From the sequence record PZ445435.1: DNA of 64,000 bases. One strand, 5' to 3'. Shown in pieces: positions 8,637 to 19,197 of this stretch. The notes below the pieces were generated by a model. It did not search any database. It was not told where the DNA came from and saw nothing but the letters and a program-made list of their open reading frames with translations. Numbering within the stretch: position 1 is the stretch's first letter; every line of letters begins with the position of its first letter. The position numbers and the translations under genes were made by a program. This stretch comes from a phage.

Positions 8637-10814
8637 TTAGGCCGCAAGGGCCTTCATAGTTTTAGCGATTTGGGAAACTTCATCATCACTTAAAGAGTTG
8701 CGATAACCGATGAAGTCGGAAACAATACGGAATTTCTTGGTAAACTCAGCAACCATTTTATCACTATTTTTTGAAGCATTACGTGATAATTCATCAAAGA
8801 GATTAGTTACTGTCCAGATATCATGACCGATGGTATCTTTTCCACCATTGAAATACACACCGCGTAATGAACTAACCATATTACCAAGTCGTGTATATTC
8901 TTCAGAAACTTCATCTGTACTGAAGTACTTCATCATAAAATCTAGTTCAGGATACTTGATAATTTTATCAATATATCGTTGAGCTGAACTTGAATAACCT
9001 ACATACTTATCATAATCTACATCATCAAAAGCATCTACATATAAATCACGCAAAGCTTCAAAAATACATTGGCACTGACCGAGTTCTTTTACCTTTTTCT
9101 GTAAAAGCGGACGAATAACATAAAATTCATTAATGCCAATAAGATTAGCCATACGAATCAAAATATTCATAGATGGATGACAAAGAGATGTAGTACCATC
9201 CATAGAGAAAATATCAGAACGATGCATATACGCTACATAACCAGTAATTTCATCTGCTTCTGATGTGAGCGTAAATAATTCCTCTTTTTCCCAGCGCCCG
9301 TCTTTAATTTCAAACTTAAATGCTGTAGCAGCTTTAGGACGAGGAGCTTTACTTTTAACTACCTTTGGAATATAGCTTTTAACTAAAGCTTCAATTTCTG
9401 ACAAATAATGAATGTTAACTTCATCACTTTCAAACATCGCCATAATATCAGGAAGTAAATCAATCTGCGATTCTACTTCTGGATTAATAAACAGAAGACG
9501 CTCATTATGATGAATATTCAAAGTGTTATTAAATTCACTATCATCTAACGCTCGTGCTAATCCACGAACAATATTAACACGATTTTTAATATTATCAATA
9601 ACAATATTAATTTTTGTTGTATTAATACCAAACAGACGATAACTTGATGCAACAGCTGAAGTTTCATGACTTTGCTTAATGCGCTTCAGTCGAGGGTCAA
9701 GATTTACTTCATACACAACTCCTGCATTGCATAACTTACTATCAGGTTCAAACATGCTTTGCATCTTCTTATATGACAGATTTTTAGTCGTAAATTTGAC
9801 TGAATTACTAATCATATAATCTCGAGCAGAATACCCCATCTTCATCAATTCACGATATGTATGACGAGGAGATGTAGATTCTTTAAATCGTTTTACATCT
9901 TCATTGAATGCCTTCTCACTAAGCTCTTTAACACGCTCAATAATATTTTTACGGGTACGATCATCTAATGAAAGAGCTTCGCGTGATGGAGCAATATCAA
10001 GTGAACCCATTGGAAACTTAATGTAATTCACTTCATTGCGGATGCTTAACCAGTTACGGTCTCTAATAACACCATCGATAGGATAAACAATACCACCATA
10101 GATAGCATACAATCCACCACGATCTGGCCAGTATCTTTCTGGATTTACGCCGTAATAGTCATCAAAATCCGGAAAATAATCAATTTCGCGGTCAAGACCG
10201 TTAATAATAGCCAAATCTTTGAATGGTCGCATGATATAAGAAACTTCATAAGCAAAGTTTCTAAAGTCTTTTTCTTCAACTGGAACTACGATTTCAATAC
10301 CAGTTTTATCATTTGGACCCATTTCTTTTACGAATGTAGGTTTAATTTGTGGACCATCGCCATCCATGTAAGCTACATAACCACGAATTTCGCCTTTATG
10401 ATATGAAGTAATACTAAATGTATCAGTATAACTAAACGGAGATTTAGAACCTAAACCAAATCCGCCAATGAAATCGTTAGATTCAGCCTTAGATGAACTA
10501 AAGTATGAATTATACAACCCAGGAGAATTATCATCACCTTGAATATCAAAATCGCTCATACCCGGACCAAAATCTCGGCAAACAAATCGCGGATCTAATC
10601 GTCCTGGAACTTGAATGATAAATTTTTCAGGATTTCCATTGAGAGCATGGGCATCAATCATGTTGGTAATCAATTCACGGACTACTGCGCGAATCTTGTT
10701 TGTATACAAATCAGATGACAGAATTTTAAATACTTTAGGAGATGCTGTGATGCTAAATGCTTTTGATTTAGAACCATTGCCAAGAATTGTTTCTTTTTCA
10801 GTGGTGATAATCAT
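8637..10814 (-). CDS. rIIA: rIIA protein
   Basis: 725 aa with GHKL-type ATPase-like N-terminus; size matches T4 rIIA. Confidence 0.9.
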   Translation of the reverse strand: MIITTEKETILGNGSKSKAFSITASPKVFKILSSDLYTNKIRAVVRELITNMIDAHALNGNPEKFIIQVPGRLDPRFVCRDFGPGMSDFDIQGDDNSPGLYNSYFSSSKAESNDFIGGFGLGSKSPFSYTDTFSITSYHKGEIRGYVAYMDGDGPQIKPTFVKEMGPNDKTGIEIVVPVEEKDFRNFAYEVSYIMRPFKDLAIINGLDREIDYFPDFDDYYGVNPERYWPDRGGLYAIYGGIVYPIDGVIRDRNWLSIRNEVNYIKFPMGSLDIAPSREALSLDDRTRKNIIERVKELSEKAFNEDVKRFKESTSPRHTYRELMKMGYSARDYMISNSVKFTTKNLSYKKMQSMFEPDSKLCNAGVVYEVNLDPRLKRIKQSHETSAVASSYRLFGINTTKINIVIDNIKNRVNIVRGLARALDDSEFNNTLNIHHNERLLFINPEVESQIDLLPDIMAMFESDEVNIHYLSEIEALVKSYIPKVVKSKAPRPKAATAFKFEIKDGRWEKEELFTLTSEADEITGYVAYMHRSDIFSMDGTTSLCHPSMNILIRMANLIGINEFYVIRPLLQKKVKELGQCQCIFEALRDLYVDAFDDVDYDKYVGYSSSAQRYIDKIIKYPELDFMMKYFSTDEVSEEYTRLGNMVSSLRGVYFNGGKDTIGHDIWTVTNLFDELSRNASKNSDKMVAEFTKKFRIVSDFIGYRNSLSDDEVSQIAKTMKALAA

Positions 10815-10824
10815 AATTTCCTCA

Positions 10825-11028
10825 TTAATTCATATTGCGTTTAATAACTTCAGCAACTTCTAGTAGTTCATCTTTAGTTGCGGTGTCGGATTGAATTTTA
10901 TCTCTAATATCCTTAAAGCGGTTTTTAAACTCTTCGGCTTCTCCCATATCGAAAAAGCGTTGAATGATTCTATATTCTCGATGAACTGCTTTATCAAAAA
11001 GTTCTAAATTTACTTTATATGATTTCAT
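10825..11028 (-). CDS. hypothetical protein (rIIA.1 position)
   Basis: 67-aa ORF between gene 39 and rIIA. Confidence 0.55.
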   Translation of the reverse strand: MKSYKVNLELFDKAVHREYRIIQRFFDMGEAEEFKNRFKDIRDKIQSDTATKDELLEVAEVIKRNMN

Positions 11029-11053
11029 TTCAATATCCTCATTTGCCCAATTA

Positions 11054-11083
11054 ATTATACCACATCCTTGTGGTAAAGTAAAC
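11054..11083 (-). promoter_or_regulatory. early promoter
   Basis: Minus strand GTTTAC-spacer (contains palindrome CCACAAGGATGTGG)-TATAAT. Confidence 0.55.
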
Positions 11084-12903
11084 TACTGGCTCATCCATTC
11101 TTTACGAAGGTCAGCATTATCTCCCATGAGCATTTCAAAAAGCTCTTTCCAGTTCTCAGGAAGTTTAACAACATCATATACTGGGTTTTGAATCATCTCA
11201 CGATATTCAGATTTTTCCAAAGAGCCAAGTCCCTTAATATAACGGATGCTATGTTTAGGTAGAGCATCTTTGGCACTCTCATATTCAGCGACTGTATAAA
11301 ACCATTCTTGTTTTTTACCGACCTGAGCGATGATTACAGGAGTTTTGACGAAGCGAATTCTTCCTTGTTCAAACAGTTCTGGCCAATTACTAAAAAATCC
11401 GAGCAGAGAAGGATAAATGCTTCCTAGACCATCGTGGTCAGCATCGGTCATAATAGCAATATTATGATAATTCAAGTTTTCAGCTTTTTCACCAAGAACT
11501 AATCCAGTGATTGCGCAAATATCAAATAGTTCTTTGTTTTTAAGCATATCAGCATATGACATACCCCAACTGTTGAGAACTTTACCACGCAATGGATAAC
11601 CACCATGAAGTTCTTTATCACGAACATCAATAAGATATCCGATAGCAGAATCACCCTCAGTCAAGAAAAGAGTAGTATCAGCATCTTTACCGCACAGATT
11701 AGCTTTAATATGTTTATGAACCTTTGCCTTAGAAGCCTTTTTAGCTGCTTTAGTTTCAGCTGCTTTTTCTGCTGCCAATTTACGAGCTAGTGCAGCTTCA
11801 ATAATTGGCATTAAAATTGCTTCATTATTTAAAATAGCGCGTGAAATCTTTTTAGCGTCAAGTTGAATATGACTACGGATTTCACCAAATGGAGAAGTCA
11901 AACGCTCTTTAGTTTGAGAATCAAATCGCATGTTTTTCATATCACGAAGAAACATAACGATAGTCAAACATTCTTTAACACGTGCTTTAGTTACATCAAT
12001 TTTGAATTTACGTTTGATTTGTGGAATAAGGTCTTCACAAATATCATCCATAACGCAGTCAATGTGATGGCCACCATTCTTAGTGTGAATGTTATTCACA
12101 TAAGTTAATTGACGAAAACCATCCGGTGAACGACCAACCGCAATAGAACAATTTTCTTGTTCTTGAACAATAGCATGTTCATCATACTGTCGTGCATATT
12201 TCTTAAAATTGCCCTGAACCTTTTTACCATTAAAGGTAAATTGAATATCAGGATAAACTACTGCAAGTGTCTGGAGACGATCCAGTGTAATGTCAAGATA
12301 AACTTGGGACAGCTCATTAGTTTCAAATGACATAAAATCTGGAATGAAAGTAACACGAGTTCCTTTCCATTTTCCAGGAATAGTTTCCCAGGATTTATTT
12401 TCCATGCCATTTGAACAACGAACTACAATATTATTTTGACCATCGCCAGTTTCACCGACAAACATCACAGAAAAAATGTTAGTTAAACTAGAACCAACAC
12501 CATTCATACCACCGGTGACACGTTCTTTATCATCACCAAAGTTACCACCCGCTTTTGGAATAGTCCAAGCAGCAACTGGACCAGGAATTTCTTCACCGGT
12601 AGGTGTTTTAACCATCGCTTGTGGAATACCACGACCGTTATCTTCAACTGTTACTTGATTGTTTTTGATAGTAACATTAATTTTATTTGCGAATTTAAAC
12701 TTAGTACGAATACCTTCATCTACTGAGTTATCGATAATTTCATCAATAAGCTTAACAAGACCAGGTACATACTGAACACTTTCCCATTTACCAAACAGAA
12801 AGCGCTCATGCATTTCATTAGCAGAAGAGCCAATATACATGCCGCTACGCTTTTTGATATGTTCAATATCGCTCAGAATTTTAATTTCATTCTTAATCAT
12901 CAC
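11083..12903 (-). CDS. 39: DNA topoisomerase II large (ATPase) subunit, contiguous 39+60 form
   Basis: 606 aa, GyrB-like (GHKL ATPase N-terminus, TOPRIM LFLTEGDSA...DADHDG); single uninterrupted ORF. Confidence 0.95.
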   Translation of the reverse strand: MMIKNEIKILSDIEHIKKRSGMYIGSSANEMHERFLFGKWESVQYVPGLVKLIDEIIDNSVDEGIRTKFKFANKINVTIKNNQVTVEDNGRGIPQAMVKTPTGEEIPGPVAAWTIPKAGGNFGDDKERVTGGMNGVGSSLTNIFSVMFVGETGDGQNNIVVRCSNGMENKSWETIPGKWKGTRVTFIPDFMSFETNELSQVYLDITLDRLQTLAVVYPDIQFTFNGKKVQGNFKKYARQYDEHAIVQEQENCSIAVGRSPDGFRQLTYVNNIHTKNGGHHIDCVMDDICEDLIPQIKRKFKIDVTKARVKECLTIVMFLRDMKNMRFDSQTKERLTSPFGEIRSHIQLDAKKISRAILNNEAILMPIIEAALARKLAAEKAAETKAAKKASKAKVHKHIKANLCGKDADTTLFLTEGDSAIGYLIDVRDKELHGGYPLRGKVLNSWGMSYADMLKNKELFDICAITGLVLGEKAENLNYHNIAIMTDADHDGLGSIYPSLLGFFSNWPELFEQGRIRFVKTPVIIAQVGKKQEWFYTVAEYESAKDALPKHSIRYIKGLGSLEKSEYREMIQNPVYDVVKLPENWKELFEMLMGDNADLRKEWMSQ

Positions 12904-12926
12904 TTATCCTCGTTTGGTTTCGGGAA

Positions 12927-12953
12927 TATTATACTCCGGTAATCATAAAGCTA
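12927..12953 (-). promoter_or_regulatory. MotA-dependent middle promoter for gene 39
   Basis: Minus strand TAGCTTTA-12nt-TATAAT. Confidence 0.45.
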
Positions 12954-12954
12954 A

Positions 12955-12968
12955 AGGCCCGAAGGCCT
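12955..12968 (-). terminator. UUCG-loop hairpin
   Basis: aggcc-cgaa-ggcct; minus strand GGCC-UUCG-GGCC then UUU. Confidence 0.5.
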
Positions 12969-12969
12969 T

Positions 12970-13239
12970 TTATTTAAAACGAATAGTTGAATCCTTAAAG
13001 AACAGCCCAGAACATACTGTTCCTTCTACTTTCTGCCCAGTAGGTCCAACAGCACGAAATCCAGTATGTTGGAAATCATTTTCAGAGCAACCGAACCAGT
13101 TATATCCAGTGATTTCAATATTCGTAAAACCACTTGATGATAAAATTTTAGTTGCATTATCAGCATCAGTGCATCCTACTAAAGATACTGCTAATACTAA
13201 TGCTGCGATAGAACGATTAACATATTTCATAATTTTCAC
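12970..13239 (-). CDS. putative lipoprotein
   Basis: 89 aa; signal peptide plus lipobox MKIMKYVNRSIAALVLAVSLVGC. Confidence 0.6.
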   Translation of the reverse strand: MKIMKYVNRSIAALVLAVSLVGCTDADNATKILSSSGFTNIEITGYNWFGCSENDFQHTGFRAVGPTGQKVEGTVCSGLFFKDSTIRFK

Positions 13240-13607
13240 TTAAATTTAATGGCTTGAAGGAGACTAATAATTCTTAAACGGCTTCTTTCATCTTTAACTG
13301 TAAAAGAAAGAGGGTCGCCAGATTTCATAGTAATAGTGCATTCAAAATCAAAATCTTCAGGAACTTCTTCGAAGAAGTCAAATTCTTCATCATAAATTAG
13401 AACATTACTCTGAAAACTGTGAAGAATTTTTCCATCATTTCCAGATGCTGTACTAATCATTGTAACATTATTACCTTTCATATCTTCAACGATAAATTCG
13501 CTTGTAGATATTACATTACTAATAGAACCATTCCTATAAATAGCAGAAAATAGATATTTCTTTTCTTCGCCTTCGCGAATACGATACTTCTTACCGATTT
13601 TAAACAT
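13236..13607 (-). CDS. hypothetical protein
   Basis: 123-aa ORF, 4-nt overlap with downstream gene. Confidence 0.55.
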   Translation of the reverse strand: MFKIGKKYRIREGEEKKYLFSAIYRNGSISNVISTSEFIVEDMKGNNVTMISTASGNDGKILHSFQSNVLIYDEEFDFFEEVPEDFDFECTITMKSGDPLSFTVKDERSRLRIISLLQAIKFK

Positions 13608-13609
13608 AA

Positions 13610-13786
13610 TTACCCTTTAAGTAAGTCGTAAAAACCGCCATTCACATGCTTAGGAGCAGAAGGCCGACGAGTAGACAGACGATGACATTTAGGGCAAACA
13701 TCATTTTCTCGTTCAGAAATCTTTTTAATTTTTTCATATTCATGCCCGCAATCTTCGGATTGGCATTTATAATCATACATTGGCAT
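13610..13786 (-). CDS. FmdB-like zinc-ribbon small protein (58 aa)
   Basis: Hand-translated MPMYDYKCQSEDCGHEYEKI...CPKCHRL; CxxC...CxxC with MPxYxYxC start typical of FmdB family; below ORF-track size cutoff. Confidence 0.5.
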   Translation of the reverse strand: MPMYDYKCQSEDCGHEYEKIKKISERENDVCPKCHRLSTRRPSAPKHVNGGFYDLLKG

Positions 13787-13788
13787 AA

Positions 13789-14208
13789 TTATTCCTTAAA
13801 GTGTACTTTCAACATCTGATACAAGGACCATGCCTGTTCATTATTTTCAATAGTAACTTTCATGACAGGAAATTCTGTGAAATCTTCTATTTGTTCTTGC
13901 TCTTCCTGCTTTTGCTCTTCGGACGCTTGATATGGATTTCCAACTTCGTCAAAGAACTCTGCTTCATTCGTGGAGAGCCAGATAAAGTTTTCATCAAGGA
14001 TATCACCGCCTGTTGCGTATCCAACCGTGCCAGTAGATGTCACAATTTTAGTAGGACGACTGAGATGGTCAACATCTAAAATTTTAAAAGGTTCCATACC
14101 TAAACGTCGTGCGTAGATTCCGTTATCAATATGGTCTTTAATAAAAGCTTCTTGAGCTTGTTTATTTTTAAATTGATACCATTTATTAACTTCAAATCTA
14201 ATAGCCAT
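13789..14208 (-). CDS. hypothetical acidic protein (goF position)
   Basis: 139 aa, acidic tract [14 protein letters not shown]. Confidence 0.55.
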   Translation of the reverse strand: MAIRFEVNKWYQFKNKQAQEAFIKDHIDNGIYARRLGMEPFKILDVDHLSRPTKIVTSTGTVGYATGGDILDENFIWLSTNEAEFFDEVGNPYQASEEQKQEEQEQIEDFTEFPVMKVTIENNEQAWSLYQMLKVHFKE

Positions 14209-14423
14209 TAATAAATTTCCTTCCAGTAAGTTGTACCGTCTTCAGTGATTTCACGGAATACACCATAAATCGGTTGTTTATCACCAACCTTTTCATACAC
14301 ATAAACCGAAGTCAAGTGAGTAAACTTGATGGTGTGTTCCTTTTGAACTACTACCAAATCTGGATCGAATAATACATCTTCAAATTCGTCATTAGTGCAA
14401 TTCTGAACAATTTTACGTTTCAT
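14208..14423 (-). CDS. hypothetical protein (size and position as T4 cef)
   Basis: 71-aa ORF, stop-start overlap with downstream ORF. Confidence 0.5.
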   Translation of the reverse strand: MKRKIVQNCTNDEFEDVLFDPDLVVVQKEHTIKFTHLTSVYVYEKVGDKQPIYGVFREITEDGTTYWKEIY

Positions 14424-14436
14424 TACAATTTCCTCA

Positions 14437-14718
14437 TTAATTGAACAGTGGAGCGATGCGTTTCAGAAGAGTAGCAGCACCTTTAGCGAATTTTACATCA
14501 TGAAAAACAGTTTCTTCTTCCGTTACAACACGAGCTTTAATGTTTTCACAATCCCAATTTTTGCGAACAATCTTCAAAAGCTGCAGTAAATCTTTACATT
14601 CAGCAATATCGATAACACATCCACGAGAATCTTCCATTATCGCACGATAACCGTAAGCCATACCATAATCATTGAAAGATTGCTCGATGATAATTAAATT
14701 TTCCATTTTATTCTCCAA
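14437..14718 (-). CDS. hypothetical protein
   Basis: 93-aa ORF downstream of early-promoter-like element. Confidence 0.55.
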   Translation of the reverse strand: MENKMENLIIIEQSFNDYGMAYGYRAIMEDSRGCVIDIAECKDLLQLLKIVRKNWDCENIKARVVTEEETVFHDVKFAKGAATLLKRIAPLFN

Positions 14719-14748
14719 GTTGTTTTCTGTATCAGTAGTTGATATTGA

Positions 14749-14782
14749 TATAGTACCATAATCAACTACTGATGTATATAGT
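14749..14782 (-). promoter_or_regulatory. early-promoter-like element (degenerate -35)
   Basis: Conserved -10 block GGTACTATA with A-rich upstream tract; no clear GTTTAC. Confidence 0.35.
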
Positions 14783-14803
14783 TTTATGAAAAAATTTTAA
14801 ACT

Positions 14804-15295
14804 TTATGCATAGCGAGCTTTGCTATAGTGTTTAATCCAACTTTCAGGAATGACTTTGTATGTTCCTAAAAATACCGCGTTGTATAACTTAACGCCATCT
14901 TCTACCCATTGATCAGTAATGTATGCACACATAGCGCGAGTACGGTTAACAACACCTTCCTCACCTTCAGTAAATTCAAACTCATAAGGAGCAACGAACT
15001 TAATAGCCTGACCGAGTTTCCACTTAAAGTCTACACCTACATGCGAAGTATCAATCGTTTCAATTCCTTTAGCAGGAACAGCTTTCAAAAACGCAGATTC
15101 AAGAAATTTCGCACGAACATAGCCAAACTGAGGTTTAGACTTTCCATCTTTAGGAATGATACGCACTTTTACTTCAGAATCTTCATCTTTAACACCGTGT
15201 TTAAGCTGAATGCTTACAACTTCGACCAATTTTCCTGCCGCTTTAGAGCGGGATTTATCAGATACACGAGCTAATTCACCAATATTAATAATCAT
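14804..15295 (-). CDS. motB: MotB-like protein (assigned by position and size)
   Basis: 163 aa; sits where motB does in T4; C-terminal block ITDQWVEDGVKLYNAV shared with the next ORF upstream. Confidence 0.55.
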   Translation of the reverse strand: MIINIGELARVSDKSRSKAAGKLVEVVSIQLKHGVKDEDSEVKVRIIPKDGKSKPQFGYVRAKFLESAFLKAVPAKGIETIDTSHVGVDFKWKLGQAIKFVAPYEFEFTEGEEGVVNRTRAMCAYITDQWVEDGVKLYNAVFLGTYKVIPESWIKHYSKARYA

Positions 15296-15339
15296 AGTTA
15301 TCTCTCACTTGTTAAAAAGATTTTATACTCCACGGGACC

Positions 15340-15369
15340 ATTATACTCTGGTCCCAAGAGTTTGTAAAC
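15340..15369 (-). promoter_or_regulatory. early promoter with inverted repeat flanking the -10
   Basis: Minus strand GTTTACA-17-TATAAT; GGGACCA...TGGTCCC brackets the -10. Confidence 0.55.
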
Positions 15370-15806
15370 TAGCTTACACGAACATTAATCACTGCGCTGC
15401 GAGGAACTACAGAGTACTCTCCAGCATGAACTACGTTCAGAAGTTCAACACCATCTTCAATCCACTGATCAGTCACCCATCCACCCACAGGATTCGCGAA
15501 TGGACGACGAATATAAACTGCCTTACACAGTAGATCAGTTGGATCTTCAGGTTTTTCAATTTCTGTCAATAGACTAAAATCTTTTTCATAAATAATAAGC
15601 GGTGATACCATTCCATAATAGTTTCTAATTTCAATATACATCATACCGATAAGAATTCCGCTATTAACACTAATAACAGTAAAAGGATATCCGCCAGTTA
15701 AACCAAGAAGTTCACAAAACTTATTATGAGCTGTATTAGACAGTACCGAAAAATTCTTAATTTCATCAAATTTTTTCAATTGATAAACAGCATTATTTTT
15801 AATCAT
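15369..15806 (-). CDS. MotB-paralog protein
   Basis: 145 aa; shares VTDQWIEDGVELLNVV block with the motB-position ORF. Confidence 0.55.
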   Translation of the reverse strand: MIKNNAVYQLKKFDEIKNFSVLSNTAHNKFCELLGLTGGYPFTVISVNSGILIGMMYIEIRNYYGMVSPLIIYEKDFSLLTEIEKPEDPTDLLCKAVYIRRPFANPVGGWVTDQWIEDGVELLNVVHAGEYSVVPRSAVINVRVS

Positions 15807-15816
15807 AATTTTCTCT

Positions 15817-16320
15817 TTAATCTAAGGTAATAAAGCCTTTTAATTCGGCATGTGACTTGCGGAACATTACTTGATGCCCACCAATGATAACTTTATCTTC
15901 AGGTACTTCGTATACAGCGAGATAAAATCCTTTAGAAGCTAATTCTTCACGCTCTTCTCGTGTGAACCATCTCATCATATCATATTCACTAGCAAAAGCA
16001 AAATGATAAAGAGCTATAAACCATCCTGGAATATAGTGATCTACGCCTACATATTCTTCTTTCTCAAAATTAGTATTAATTGCTATATTAGCATTTTTAA
16101 CTAATAGTTTGTCTTCGTGCGGAAGAGGAATTCTTTTATTATCATTACTATGATGCATAAAATTAGGTCTGTCATAACCTACGTGTAATAACCACTCTTC
16201 GCTCCATGAATCCATTATACTCCTGTACGGCGTTATTTGAACACAAAGATCTCGACGTATTGTTATAGCATCTTCATAATTAAGAATACTAAATGATGAT
16301 TCAACACGATAAATTTTCAT
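15817..16320 (-). CDS. hypothetical protein
   Basis: Start refined to MKIYRVESSF downstream of early promoter (track ORF extends into promoter). Confidence 0.5.
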   Translation of the reverse strand: MKIYRVESSFSILNYEDAITIRRDLCVQITPYRSIMDSWSEEWLLHVGYDRPNFMHHSNDNKRIPLPHEDKLLVKNANIAINTNFEKEEYVGVDHYIPGWFIALYHFAFASEYDMMRWFTREEREELASKGFYLAVYEVPEDKVIIGGHQVMFRKSHAELKGFITLD

Positions 16321-16346
16321 TTTATTATCCTCAGTAGCTATGGTGT

Positions 16347-16377
16347 TATAATACCACAACTAACCGAGGAAGTAAAC
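16347..16377 (-). promoter_or_regulatory. early promoter
   Basis: Minus strand GTTTAC...TATTATAA. Confidence 0.5.
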
Positions 16378-16383
16378 AACTTT

Positions 16384-17067
16384 TTATCGTTTTGTTGGAA
16401 GAGATAGAGGATCGCACTCTTCCTCTGACGGAGCATCTTCAAGACCCATAGCATATCGCAAAGCATACTTCATCATCAGGATGTCTTTCGCACAATCATG
16501 AATAGAATCATGCGCAACGAATCCATCTAAAGTTCCCTTTGGAAGAGGACATGTAGTCATATCACGAACAAGCAGAAGTGCTTCAATTCTGGTACGAATA
16601 TCACGCTGATTCCAGAATTTACAAGGTTCTAACTTAAACGTATCAAGCTCATTCTCAGAAACGCCATTAAGACGTTGAATATCGCGAATGAGATCGACTA
16701 AAATTGGAAAATCAAACGACATTCCACGGCACCAACCTTGAGATTTCCAAGGATCGATATTATGTGCATTGATGTAATCGTTGAATTTTGCAATACCATC
16801 AATGGTGCTTACATCTTCATCGGATGGTGCAATATTTTTTCGAGCTTCAGGAGACTGATTTTTCCACCATTCGATAGTGCTTTTAGTAAAAAGACGATGT
16901 CCTTTTTGGCTTTTTAAATCAAATTTGATTTTAATGCCACGTGAAACTAATTCATCAAATGTTTCAACAACTTCTGGGTTAGGGTCAAAGGCAATAACAG
17001 CCAAATCAATAACCGCTGCTTTTTCACCGCTTCCCATTGTTTCAAAATCTATAATAAAATCAAACAT
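16384..17067 (-). CDS. dexA: exonuclease A (DnaQ-like 3'-5' exonuclease)
   Basis: 227 aa, N-terminal FDFIIDFETMG exonuclease motif; size matches T4 DexA. Confidence 0.85.
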   Translation of the reverse strand: MFDFIIDFETMGSGEKAAVIDLAVIAFDPNPEVVETFDELVSRGIKIKFDLKSQKGHRLFTKSTIEWWKNQSPEARKNIAPSDEDVSTIDGIAKFNDYINAHNIDPWKSQGWCRGMSFDFPILVDLIRDIQRLNGVSENELDTFKLEPCKFWNQRDIRTRIEALLLVRDMTTCPLPKGTLDGFVAHDSIHDCAKDILMMKYALRYAMGLEDAPSEEECDPLSLPTKR

Positions 17068-17309
17068 TAAATTTTCCTCGCTAAATCGCGAATTTGACCT
17101 ACAGTATAATCTTGGATATAAACTTTATTAATGGGCTCATCAATAAATTTTGCCATAGATTCAATATCTTTTTGTATCTCTTCAAGACTGTATACTATCT
17201 TTAAAGCTTTTTCGCGAATAGTAACATTATCAGGTCCTGGATTTTCCTCAATGACAGCTTTGACATTTGTCATAAGAGATTTAAACTGATGCAAACTTAA
17301 TTCAATCAT
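17067..17309 (-). CDS. hypothetical protein (paralog pair, member 1)
   Basis: 80 aa; similar layout to adjacent 86-aa ORF. Confidence 0.5.
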   Translation of the reverse strand: MIELSLHQFKSLMTNVKAVIEENPGPDNVTIREKALKIVYSLEEIQKDIESMAKFIDEPINKVYIQDYTVGQIRDLARKI

Positions 17310-17562
17310 TAATAATCGCCTTATAAAGATAGCTAATTTCGCCTAAAACATAATCATTAATTGTAACAGTTTTCACTTCACCGCAAAAGAATTCTAACGC
17401 AATTAAATCTCGTTCAATTTCTTCTAATTGAAGCATCAACTTACTAGATTCAATTTTTACAGTTTCACGATTTTTACCATGAGCAATTTCATAAATTTCG
17501 CTAACTTTATCCTGAAGAAGATAAAACTGATCTTTAGTTATTTCCACGAATAGCTTCCTCAA
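17302..17562 (-). CDS. hypothetical protein (paralog pair, member 2)
   Basis: 86 aa. Confidence 0.5.
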   Translation of the reverse strand: MRKLFVEITKDQFYLLQDKVSEIYEIAHGKNRETVKIESSKLMLQLEEIERDLIALEFFCGEVKTVTINDYVLGEISYLYKAIIND

Positions 17563-17568
17563 ATTTAA

Positions 17569-18888
17569 TCATACGTAAAACACATCATAACGACCACGAG
17601 TGACACCAACATAAAGAAGCTGCTGAGCTAATTCAGCATCTGCATAATGAATACAAGGCGTATAGATGAAAGCACGGTCTACAGACATACCCTGCGCTTT
17701 ATGGAATGTTGATGCAGGAAGTGCTTTCACTTTACTAAACTGTGATTTAGCATCCCAAAAATCACTCCATGGAGCTTTTCCGCCTTTATTCCAATTTTTA
17801 TAAGTTTCTGCGGTTTTACCTAAAAATAGGTTAAACTTATATAGCTCTTCATCGGATGAAATTATTTTAATCTTTTCACGATAATATTCATCATCGCCAT
17901 AAGTTTCTACTGTTAAATCCCAATGACGAATTAGATATTCTCCAGGAACACCACGAGCTTTAACAAAGGTTGATGTATACTCTGCTTCTATAATACGAAC
18001 TAATTGTCCGTTATTAAAAATAATTTCTGACACAGGCTTTCCATCAATTTTATATGTTTTAATTAATGGTTCCTGCATTACAATAATTTCACCGACAATA
18101 AAATCTTTATCAGTTTCAAAAATCTTTTTACGAATAATGCTATTTAACTTGTCAACAGATTTATTCGTAAATGCCATTACGCGATTTTCAAACAAATCAT
18201 CTAGTGATTTGACGATTGAAAAATAATTTACCATAAAATCGCGTAAAGCGGTATCACCGGTAAATCCACGTACTCCATGACCGTCAACAACTTTATCATA
18301 AATCCACTTACCGTTACGAACGTCAGTAGCTACATCAATAATAGGAGCATTACTGCGTTTAACTTCAGTGAGTTCACACTGATAAAAATCTTTGTGTGTA
18401 AAGAATGGACTGATATAAGCAGTATTTTCTCCTGGGTCAACAGGTCTAATTTGCTTATTATCACCTATTCCAATTATAGTACACCAAGGTGGAATGGTTG
18501 AAAGCAGAATTTTAAATAGCTTTCTATCATACATTGACACTTCGTCGCAGATTAATACCCTGCATTTAGCTAAATCTGGTACTTCTTTTTGTTCAAAAAG
18601 AACGTTTTCTTCATATGTTACTGGGTTAATTTTGAGAATACTGTGAATAGTACTTGCTTCTTTCCCAGATAGTTTTGAAAGAATCTTTTTAGCTGCATGA
18701 GTAGGAGCTGCTAAAATAATACCAGTTTCACCTGTAGATATTAGGGCTTCAATAATGAACTTAGTAAGAGTAGTCTTACCAGTACCAGCAGGTCCATTAA
18801 TAGTTACATGGTGTTTCTTTTCTTTGATAGCCCTCATAACGATGTTAAAGGCATTTTTCTGGCCTTCGGTCAAATCATCAAATGTCAT
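17569..18888 (-). CDS. dda: Dda DNA helicase (SF1B)
   Basis: 439 aa, Walker A GPAGTGKT, Walker B LICDEVSM; size matches T4 Dda. Confidence 0.9.
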   Translation of the reverse strand: MTFDDLTEGQKNAFNIVMRAIKEKKHHVTINGPAGTGKTTLTKFIIEALISTGETGIILAAPTHAAKKILSKLSGKEASTIHSILKINPVTYEENVLFEQKEVPDLAKCRVLICDEVSMYDRKLFKILLSTIPPWCTIIGIGDNKQIRPVDPGENTAYISPFFTHKDFYQCELTEVKRSNAPIIDVATDVRNGKWIYDKVVDGHGVRGFTGDTALRDFMVNYFSIVKSLDDLFENRVMAFTNKSVDKLNSIIRKKIFETDKDFIVGEIIVMQEPLIKTYKIDGKPVSEIIFNNGQLVRIIEAEYTSTFVKARGVPGEYLIRHWDLTVETYGDDEYYREKIKIISSDEELYKFNLFLGKTAETYKNWNKGGKAPWSDFWDAKSQFSKVKALPASTFHKAQGMSVDRAFIYTPCIHYADAELAQQLLYVGVTRGRYDVFYV

Positions 18889-19196
18889 CGTAAATTCCCT
18901 GCAATTGGTATACTAACAATACGCCCAGTATCTAAAATTCGCTGATATAATCTTTGCGTGTCTACGTCAGGCTTAACATGTTTAACTTCTATTTTATTAA
19001 ACCAAAACTTACGTGGAGTCTCAACTAATCTTGGAATTCCCTTACCTAAAGCTAGTCGATACTGCTCTTTAAGAGTAGTAAATACTTTATCAGCAATATT
19101 CCATTCAAAAAATACAGCAGGACGATGTTCATCAAGTGGAACTGGCGCTGTAAATCCGTCTTTGTCTCGGTAAACTATCGCATATACATAAACCAT
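18885..19196 (-). CDS. hypothetical protein (dda.1 position)
   Basis: 103-aa ORF, 4-nt overlap with dda. Confidence 0.55.
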   Translation of the reverse strand: MVYVYAIVYRDKDGFTAPVPLDEHRPAVFFEWNIADKVFTTLKEQYRLALGKGIPRLVETPRKFWFNKIEVKHVKPDVDTQRLYQRILDTGRIVSIPIAGNLR

Positions 19197-19197
19197 A

